Shown piece after piece: positions 39,926 to 48,700 of a stretch of 64,000 nt of DNA. Below the pieces are notes generated by a model. That model did no database searches. It worked only from the letters and a program-made list of their open reading frames with translations, and was not told the DNA's origin. The translations under genes and the position numbers were made by a program. Where the stretch lies: NCBI GenBank assembly GCA_032718475.1, contig JAUCBJ010001385.1:44457-108456 (forward strand). The letters run 5' to 3'. Source of the DNA: Nemertoderma westbladi (Eukaryota > Animalia > Xenacoelomorpha). How positions within the stretch are numbered: position 1 is the first letter of the stretch; each line of letters opens with the position of its first letter.

Positions 39926-40629
39926 GGTATCGAACTTAGGTACCTGAACACCTAATAAAATAGCCTCGCCCAAAAATTTACCATATCTTTGTTCAATATC
40001 CTGTTTCAAATTCCATACATTTTCAATAAGATTTGTAGAAAAATTTTCATTCAAGTAAGAAATTATACATTTCGATATATTTTTTGTACCAAAATCTTCT
40101 GAAATTTACATGTTTCCATAAAATAGTATTTACATTCATTTCATAGGGCCGAGTATTTAGTATCCATGGTTATACTCTTGATGCATAGATTATGATTATA
40201 GAACCAAAAAATATGGTGGAGGCTACAAAAATTAACATCAATAAGCACAGAAAAACATATGTAAGATATTATCGAATCTACTTTAATAAGATCCCGGACG
40301 ATTAAACATTTTGTGGTCGTGGTTCATATTATTGCTGTGCTGTTGCACACTAAACGTAACATCTTTTACTTGTAATATTTTTGGCCCTTGTGCGTGTGCA
40401 TTGTGCAACCTGCCTTTTTTCCTATTGTGTCTGGTCTGGGGGGTAAATCCGCCACACACACAGGAGGCCCCACTGGTGGTTAAATCAACCACCCACACGG
40501 GACGCCACTGGGGGTAAATCAGCCACCAGCACGGGACGCCACTGGTCAATTAATTTCGACTGTAAGTTGAAATATTTCAGCAGATCTAGAATTAGTCTTA
40601 CAATTCTAGTTCAAGTGAATGAATAAAGC

Positions 40630-41184
40630 TTTACACATTCAGTGCATGATATGTTCATTACACGTTCAGTGCATGATTTGTTCTTTACACGTTCAGTGCA
40701 TGATCTGTCCTTTACACGTTCAGTGCATGATATGTTCATTACACGTTCAGTGCATGATTTGTTCTTTACACGTTCAGTGCATGATTTGTTCTTTACACGT
40801 TCAGTGCATGATTTGTTCTTTACACGTTCAGTGCATGATCTGATCTTTACTTCATACGTTCAGTGCATGATCTGTTCTTTACACGTTCAGTGCATGATCT
40901 GTTCTTTACTTTACACGTTCAGTGCATGATCTGATCTTTACACATTCAGTGCATGATATGTTCTTTACACGTTCAGTGCATGATCTGTTCTTTACTTTAC
41001 ACGTTCAGTGCATGATATGTTCTTTACACGTTCAGTGCATGATCTTTCCTTTACACGTTCAGTGCATGATCTGATCTTTACTTCATACGTTCAGTGCATG
41101 ATCTGTTCTTTACACGTTCAGTGCATGATATGTTCTTTACACGTTCAGTGCATGATCTGTCCTTTACACGTTCAGTGCATGATC
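40630..41184. repeat. 27/32-bp satellite, left part
   Basis: Unit tgatctgttctttac(tttac)acgttcagtgca. Confidence 0.96.
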
Positions 41185-41722
41185 TGTGACGGGATCCAGG
41201 AGGGATCCCGATTTATCCGATGTGGTATTTAGTCCACGCGTCCCCGCCGTGTATAAGAGTGAAATAAAGATAACTGAGTTCTGAAGTTCGGTGTATAATA
41301 ATAGGTTATAGGATATAGATATACTGTGAATTGTACGGTAGGCGGGATACGGTAACTAAAGTCCCGTGATCCCCTAACTAAACTAATTGGCTGTACCCTA
41401 CGCTAGCACTGCTGCACTGAGATAACTGAATCACTGATTAATAGGTTATTGGTTATATTGCACGGTGGCCTTACTGCTACTCAATCGATGCCATTCCCCC
41501 CTCTGATTGGTTAATACCCTTGTTGGCGCCCCGTGGAGTATTCCCGTTCACTCCACCTGTTCTCTCTGGGTTAGGGGTTTGGCCCCTGACCCTCTATTGT
41601 GTGCTTCCTTCCCACTCTTATTGGGATGGCACGAGTTGGTTAATTGCCCAATCTCGTGGCTCCCAATATTGCTTATCGGCTAATAACTTTATGGGGTGTT
41701 GGCGGGATTGAATAAGCTAACA
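41185..41722 (-). repeat. 3' LTR (538 bp)
   Basis: Direct repeat of 54676-55213; one mismatch found by eye (C41218 vs T54709). Confidence 0.97.
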
Positions 41723-41731
41723 CTCCCCCCC
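41723..41731 (-). other. Polypurine tract
   Basis: GGGGGGGAG on the element sense strand, immediately 5' of the 3' LTR TG. Confidence 0.85.
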
Positions 41732-42431
41732 ATGCTATCTTCCCGGTAAGAAGATAGCATCAACCAAAAAGTGCGTTACAATCCCGCTGGATCCCGATCT
41801 AGTATCGGGTGTGGGGTGGAATTCTTTTCTCTTGGAGCCGGCTTTCCAGGCCGCCCCCTATGGGTATGATATCGCTACCCTGTGTGCCTGGCGTCTCATG
41901 TCGGGCCGATCGCGCTCACCTCTTCACACGACCTTTGTTTCCCCAACACTTTCGCCCTATTTCACCTTCACTCTCACCCTAGCTCTCTCACATTCGGACC
42001 TCCCCGTCCCTTACTCAGCCTCTTATTCTCCCCCCCCCACACTCTAGAATCGCGTCCGCACTCTCTTTGCACTCCACTCTATCACTCCGTCCCTCAACCT
42101 CACTTCGGCTGTTTTATCTCTCCTGACGAACCTCCCCCCCCTCTCGTGCCGTCGCACTCGAGAAGTATGAAATTGTCAGTTGTCTCGTCCATAGTGCCAT
42201 AGTCAGTTATTCCCCCCAGTCCCACTAGCTAGTTGAGAAAGGTTGTATGACTATAGTACTTACTCCAAACGTATGTATTTTACTGCTAATCACTACGTAC
42301 GTACATACAAATTGCACTTATATGATTATTTGCATTAATTAAATTTATACTTAATAGTTCGTACGTTACATGCGGCGCCTTCCAGGCGCACCACTTCCCA
42401 GTCTCAGTCTCATTCCCTCGTCTCCGGGAAC

Positions 42432-44069
42432 TTATCTGTTCCTCCTCACGTCCTCTTCCCTGGCCCGTTTCTTGGTTATCACTGCTCCTCTGGCATCATC
42501 CGCTTTCTGCTTCCGGACCTTCGCTGCCACTTCCTTGCTGATCCCGGTCGTCGGCTCCTTGGGCGCTGGTGTTATTAAAGCCCGATACCGCTTCGCCGGT
42601 GGCCCCTCAGAATGGCCTGGTTGTTTCCCTCGTGTGGCGTCCCATAGGATCATCTTCATTGCCTTTGGTACGTGTTCCGCCAAGAAATCCCTAAACTCCC
42701 TCCGGTTCTCTGGTGTCCACCTGTCCAGGTACCGTTGCGTGTTCATAACTCCGGCGAACGATGCCGCCGTTGCTACCTCTTGATAGGTAAACGGTAACCT
42801 TCGCTTTATAATTTCCATGTGGGTCTCCTGGTTTATGAGGAAGAAACCCCACTTGAACTCTTGGGCCTTCATGCGCTGGCGCGTCATGGCCCCGACGTCG
42901 GCCCACTCCTCGAACCTCGTGAACTTCTCCTCGTCGCTCATCCAGTCGCACTCGCGTCCGTAGTGCCCCCGAAAGTGGCACTTTGGACATCGGTTATGCA
43001 ACCGTGGACACGCCCCCATCCTGTGACTTGGTTCTCTACAATAGAGACAAAAGGTTCCCCGTTGGAACCGGTATAGGCAGCTGCTTTCCCGATGGGTCTG
43101 TCTCCCACAGTAGTCGCAGCCGAGTACCAATGTCTCCCGTCCCACCTCGTCTTTCGTCCCAAGCGATCTCCGCGGTCTATGGAGTCGCTGGTAGGTGAAC
43201 TTCTCTACGTTGCTCTCCCTGTTTACGTCTATCTCTCCGCCCCTTTCGGGCATCGTCTCCCCGAATACTATCCGTGGTGCCGTTCCCGGTTGCTCGCCCA
43301 ACCTGATGGTGCTCCCCGCGAAATCCATCGCCGGCCCCTCGTGCACCCAGGTCCGCTTGCCGGATCTGTTCCAGAAGGCCCTCGCCCCACTGGCCGTCAC
43401 CACCCTTCCGCCAACCCAGTCCGTGTCCGAGTGGCCTATCCTCTCGATGGGCGGTATCTCTCCGAACTCGTCGTCGCCGTCTTCCTCTTCTGGTAGTGTT
43501 TCCAACCCCGGTATCCCGATGGATCCACTATGTCCCTTCCCGCCTTGGCTCTCGCCTGTAGCTCTCCATCCCTCCAGCTCCCTTAGCTTCCTTGGCGGTT
43601 GGTCGCCCTCGGCGCCCGCTGGTATGGGTATCGTGTGCAACCCCGACGTCGACTGTTTCGGCGATCCCACCGTCCATCCCAATTCTCGCCCTAGAGACTC
43701 CCCCGAACTCCCTGACGAAGTCCAATGAAGTTCGTCTAGGCCCGCCTGTTCCTCGAAGCCGTAACTCTGTGCCCTGGCCTCCTCTTCCCTCTCCTCTGCT
43801 TCTATCCTCTCCCGTCTAGCGACTTCTTCCAGTCGCTTTGCTTCTCGTCTGTCCGCCTCTAGCTGCTCCCATCTCTGATACGGTGTATCCGTCTCCCCGT
43901 CTACCAGATGTCGGCTGTTGTAGTACACCGACTCGCCCTTCAGCCCCGGGTGGTCTACCAGACCGTCAAAGGCCACTTTAAAGGCTCTCCTGTAGCTTAG
44001 GGGTGATCCCGATAACAGAAATGCCCCTGGTTCCCTTTCGATAACTACGGTCATGAATAAGTTAAGCAA
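42432..44069 (-). CDS. Extra ORF, C-terminal part: acidic/low-complexity linker plus three CCHC zinc knuckles
   Basis: CDYCGRQTHRESSC, CLYCREPSHRMGAC, CPKCHFRGHYGREC. Separated from the upstream part only by a 25-bp tandem duplication. Confidence 0.8.
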   Translation of the reverse strand: MLNLFMTVVIEREPGAFLLSGSPLSYRRAFKVAFDGLVDHPGLKGESVYYNSRHLVDGETDTPYQRWEQLEADRREAKRLEEVARRERIEAEEREEEARAQSYGFEEQAGLDELHWTSSGSSGESLGRELGWTVGSPKQSTSGLHTIPIPAGAEGDQPPRKLRELEGWRATGESQGGKGHSGSIGIPGLETLPEEEDGDDEFGEIPPIERIGHSDTDWVGGRVVTASGARAFWNRSGKRTWVHEGPAMDFAGSTIRLGEQPGTAPRIVFGETMPERGGEIDVNRESNVEKFTYQRLHRPRRSLGTKDEVGRETLVLGCDYCGRQTHRESSCLYRFQRGTFCLYCREPSHRMGACPRLHNRCPKCHFRGHYGRECDWMSDEEKFTRFEEWADVGAMTRQRMKAQEFKWGFFLINQETHMEIIKRRLPFTYQEVATAASFAGVMNTQRYLDRWTPENRREFRDFLAEHVPKAMKMILWDATRGKQPGHSEGPPAKRYRALITPAPKEPTTGISKEVAAKVRKQKADDARGAVITKKRAREEDVRRNR

Positions 44070-44991
44070 CTACGGTCATGAATAAGTTAAGCAAACTTAT
44101 CATCATCCAGTCCTCCTGCAGGATATATCGCTTCTGATATACCTTTATCGCTCCTCTGCGAAACTGATATACCTCCTGCTTTCCCGGTCTCGCTCCCCAC
44201 TTCAGCGAGTTCGCTAGTTCTGCTCCGTATTCTTCCCTAAACTTCCCCCAATCCATTGGTTTGTGGCATACGAGCCCCAATAATTGGCCCATCGCCACCG
44301 CCCCGCATTGGCCTGAGTTCTCGACCACCCCCAATCCATCCGGTGCCGTCATAGCCATAAAGACTTTCTGCATATCCAGGAGGTTGGTGGCGTCCGGACC
44401 GATGATCCTCTCCGCGTCCTCGCGAATCGCCGATCCCACTTTCGTCGTCGACTTCTCTCTTACTAAGACTTGTACCGCTTTCGGCAGTCGGTCTAATTTC
44501 GGCCCGTCCTTCTTCCCATACGTCCCTAGGTCGAATAAGAAGATGTCCCCATTCGGCGCGGCCAAATGTAGGAGTATGGTCCTGGCCGACCCTGCCGTTC
44601 CTCGTCTTGAACCCGCTTCGTCCTCCACGGTTCCCTCGTCATCTAGGATCATATATCCTCCTCTGTTGACGGACTCTATGAATCTTTTCCAGTCCTTCCT
44701 CGGCGATTCCCTCGGATACTTCGGAATCCCGAACTTCGCTTCGTCCCCTTTCACCACGTAGTGGAAGTGTTGGAAGATCGCGTTGTCCAGCGACGGCGTC
44801 CCGTAGGTCCCGACCAACCGCTGTTCGTGCGCCTCCCGGAAGTGATCCTGCAGCGCTCGTGCCGAGTGACCCCTTTCCAACCTCTCGTAGTATCCTCTCG
44901 TCTTCTCCTCCGGGTGTCTTTCGGTGAAATCCACCAATATCTCTTTTCCTCCTGACTCCGCCTTTCTCTTCCTGATCAGCTTACTCGCCAT
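44062..44991 (-). CDS. Extra ORF, N-terminal part: putative DEDDy (WRN/EXD/Mut-7-like) 3'-5' exonuclease
   Basis: ExoI MILDDEG, LLHLA..IFLFDL, LPKAVQVLV....TKVGSAIREDAERI (ExoII), NLLDMQ, QKRYILQED (ExoIII). First ATG at 44991. Confidence 0.7.
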   Translation of the reverse strand: MASKLIRKRKAESGGKEILVDFTERHPEEKTRGYYERLERGHSARALQDHFREAHEQRLVGTYGTPSLDNAIFQHFHYVVKGDEAKFGIPKYPRESPRKDWKRFIESVNRGGYMILDDEGTVEDEAGSRRGTAGSARTILLHLAAPNGDIFLFDLGTYGKKDGPKLDRLPKAVQVLVREKSTTKVGSAIREDAERIIGPDATNLLDMQKVFMAMTAPDGLGVVENSGQCGAVAMGQLLGLVCHKPMDWGKFREEYGAELANSLKWGARPGKQEVYQFRRGAIKVYQKRYILQEDWMMISLLNLFMTVVA

Positions 44992-45494
44992 TCCGAACAC
45001 TACACTCGCTCACCTGTAGGGTGGTGCCTTACCAAGGCGCAATACAGATGAGTGATGTATTAAGATGTTTCGTACAGTTCGATAATGGCCTAGTTTTCTA
45101 CTTAACTGCGCCTTTCAAGCTTAATTTAATCTAATTAATTTCGGAGCTAGTAAATCAGCCTAATTTACAATTTCCGTCCGTTACTTTTATTATGTTCTAG
45201 AACGACTTTCCTTGCGTTACCACTATTTTCCGATTTTTTTTTTAGCCCTATTCTATTTATTTATTTATTTTGCTTTGATTCTACTGTCCTACTACTTACT
45301 ACTGCCTATGGATTTATTCTATCCTCTGATCCATATTCTGGCCTACTCAGTGGGCCTATGCAGTACAGCAGTATGCGTCGTGTGGCCACACGATTTATCC
45401 AGCTGCACTCATATGCCCCCCTCTCGCTACTAACTCTACTTACTGCTAACTAATATCTATATCCTATTTACCCCTTTTATCTCTCACTCTCTCT

Positions 45495-46025
45495 CTCTAA
45501 CTAATGGTACTACGTACCTACTAACCCTAACTAACTATTGGTACTACGTACCCTCTAACTCTAACTCTAACTAGGTACTACGTACCTACTAACTCTCTAA
45601 CTATCGGTACTACGTACCCTCTAACTAACTAACTATTGGTACTACGTACCCTCTAACTCTAACTCTAACTAGGTACTACGTACCTACTAACTCTCTAACT
45701 ATCGGTACTACGTACCCTCTAACCCTAACTAACTATTGGTACTACGTACCCTCTAACTCTCTAACTATCGGTACTACGTACCCTCTAACCCTAACTAACT
45801 ATTGGTACTACGTACCCTCTAACTCTCTAACTATCGGTACTACGTACCCTCTAACTCTAACTCTAACTAGGTACTACGCACCTACTAACTAACTAACTCT
45901 AGGTACTACGTACCTACTAACTAACTAACTCTAGGTACTACGTACCTACTAACTAACTAACTCTAGGTACTACGTACCTACTAACTAACTAACTCTAGGT
46001 ACTACGTACCTACTAACTAACTAAC
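45495..46025 (-). repeat. Internal ~32-34-bp tandem array of ~16 GGTAC-NNN-GTACC hairpins
   Basis: ggtactacgtacc recurs every ~33 bp with variable (ctaa/ct)n linkers. Confidence 0.92.
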
Positions 46026-46129
46026 TTTTATTTTTATTTTATTTTATTTGTGTGGGAAGGGCGTCTCGCCCTCAATCCCACCCCCCTCAGTCCAAAACTT
46101 GGACGACTAAACTCCACTCTAACTCCGCT

Positions 46130-48700
46130 CTAAGGTGCTCCTTCTAAGAGACAGCATTTACCTACCGCTCTCCTGCAGGTTTTTCTGTCCTTCGCACCTA
46201 TCTTTCCACCTATCCGCACTTCTACCGATCAGACTCTTCCGTCCTCGTCGGAGTAGGTGCCTACAACTCTCGCCAACCGCCATTGGTTGTTGATGATAGT
46301 ATCATCCGTGACGATTACGAGATCTCCCTCTCTTAACTCCCTGTTTGGCTTCCTCCACTTGCTTCGCTTATGGAGCGTGGGTAGGTATTCTTCTACCCAC
46401 CTCCTCCAATACTCTGCGCTTATTGCTTTAGCGACTTTCCAACTCTGGCGGGAATGTATGTCATCTGGGTCTACACCCCGCATATCGATGGTCGCTGGCC
46501 TTTCCATTAGAAAATGGCTAGGCGTCAACACGTCTAATGACTCAGGGTCATCATTCTCCGGATATAGCGGTCTGCTATTAATGATCCCCTCGCACTTCGC
46601 AAGTACTGTTCGTAAAACGTCCTCAGTGACCATGTGGGTGTTCATTAACTTCGTCATTAGACGCTTTGAACTGCCCACCAATCTCTCGACGCATCCTAGT
46701 GTATGTGGTGCATACGGCGTCCTTCTCTCCCACTTTACTTGTCGTCTTCTCATGGCCGCCCTGACTTCTTCTCCTTCTAAGATGTCCAAGGCCTCTGCCA
46801 TCTCACTCTCTGCGCCCACAAAGTTGGTGCCGTTGTCGCTGTATATCACTGCGATCGTCCCACCCTTGCGGTCCCTAAACCTTTCTAAGGCGTTAATGAA
46901 CGCTGATGCGGTTGCATCTTGGGCGAGTTCTATCCCCACCGCCCGCGTATTGTTGCATACGAAGATAATGCCGTAACGTTTCTCCGTGTGTCGCATCACT
47001 TTGATCTTTATCGGCCCGAACATGTCCACACCGCAATGCGTAAATGGCGGGTCGTGCTGTCTTACCCTACTCGCCGGTAGTGGCGCCATCTCCTGTACGG
47101 CTCGCTCCTTCTTCGCTCGTCGGCAGGTCTGGCACTGCCCCACTACCGCTTTCACCTTCTTCCTTAGTTGTTTGACCCAATAGGTCCTCCTTATCTCTGT
47201 GAGGGTTCGGTTGGTGCCCCCATGCAGTATCGATTTGTGGGAGTCCCATATGATCTGGTGTACTATAGGCGATCCTGTGGGAATGATGATGGGTTTAGGT
47301 GGCACGACTATACTGTTGTTATATCCCACCCTAGAATTCATTACTAGAATCCCATCGTAGTTTAGTTGTGGCGACAGCGTGATCAACTCGCTATCTCGTC
47401 GGAGGTGCTGTTGGTTACCGACGCGTTCCACCTCGTCGCCGTAGTTCTTGCGTTGTTCATAGCGGATCACTGCCTTGGCCGCTCCTTCCAGATCTATGGT
47501 TATCCTGGTCTTCTTGTCCTTGCCGACTCCAACAAGGAAGTTCCCAAAGGCTCTCCAGTACGCCACTAGTTTCCTGGTCTTATACCAACTGGAACTGTAG
47601 CTGAGGAGTTTATCCGTCGGGTTATCGCACAGTTCCCTTCCTGGTTGCACGTCCCTAATCTCCCTCACCATCTGGGAGTATATCTCTTCTCCCTCCGAAT
47701 CTCCCTCTTCTCCTTCTGATACTACTTCCGAGCCCGGGTCCACCTTCCTCATCGGCGGCCAGGCCTCCCTATCGCTCAGGAATTGTGGCCCATGTTGCCA
47801 CAATACTTCCTTCTTCAGGAATGTGTGGCGTTCCACGCCCCTCGACAGCAAGTCCGCTGGGTTCTCATCTGTTGGGCAGTAGTGCCACCTTTCCAGTTCT
47901 GTGCTCGCCCTTATTTCGTCCACTCTATTCGCGACGAATATCGGGTATCTCGTCTTTTCATTGTGTAGCCAACCAAGCACTACCATGGAGTCCGTCCAGT
48001 AGTGTGTCTCCACTATGTTGGGAATTGTATCCACTAGGTAGGCTGTGGCTCTAACTCCTAGTCTCGCAGCTGTCAATTCTAACTTGGGAACAGATGCTGA
48101 ATCTGGCGGCGTTGACTTAGCTTTGCTAAAGGCTAGTCTGGGCTTGTGAGGCCCCTCTCGTTGTACTAAATAGAGTGCCGCTCCGTATGCCTCTAACGAC
48201 GCGTCGGAGAACATATGTAAGTCCAGATTCGTCATGTTCCTGTCCGGAAAATACACTCGCGGCATGTTGTATGTTCCCATCCTCTCCAAGTCTCCTGTCC
48301 ATTTGCTCCACTGTTTCTTGATGTCCTCTGGTACCTCTACATCCCATTCATCCTTCAATTTATATACTCTCTTGAGTATCTGTTTCCCCGTGACTAGTAG
48401 TGGGGATGCTAGGCCTAGGGGATCGTATATCCTTGCTATATACGATACATAACCCCTCTTCGTATGGGTGTCTGCGCCCTCCTGGCTCAGCTGATACTTC
48501 AGTTCGTCTGTTTTCCTATCCCACACGATTCCCAATGCCTTCTGCTGGGATTCCGTTCTCTCAATCGCCATGTCCTGTCCTTTGGCTGTTGTAGGGTTGT
48601 CCATGGTCGATCCTGGTTTCTTGTCTTCTATTTCCTTGATAAATTCTTCTGAACTGGATTGGAATTTGGTCAGGTTGAAGCCGGATCCTTTCAGGATGTC
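46130..48700 (-). pseudogene. BEL/Pao pol, second part (RT end, RNase H, integrase, DUF5641-like), with a premature TGA at 46229-46231
   Basis: IYDPLG, HMFSDASLEAYGA, YWTDS, HCGVDMFGP, SDNGTNFVGA, WVEEYLPTLHKRSKW. Past the TGA the frame continues SVEVR..RRAVGKCCLLEGAP* to 46130. Confidence 0.9.

Noticed and set aside
41520-41711. Identical 63-aa ORFs at 41520 and 55011
   Set aside because: They are simply the two LTR copies, with a non-ATG start and no coding signal.
42432-44991. Envelope gene / endogenous retrovirus interpretation of the extra ORF
   Set aside because: No signal peptide, fusion peptide or TM anchor is visible, and the motifs fit a nuclease plus zinc knuckles.
45495-46025. 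CRISPR-like array or telomeric repeat next to a reverse transcriptase
   Set aside because: The linkers are low-complexity and related to each other rather than unique spacers, and there is no sustained TTAGG/TTAGGG run.
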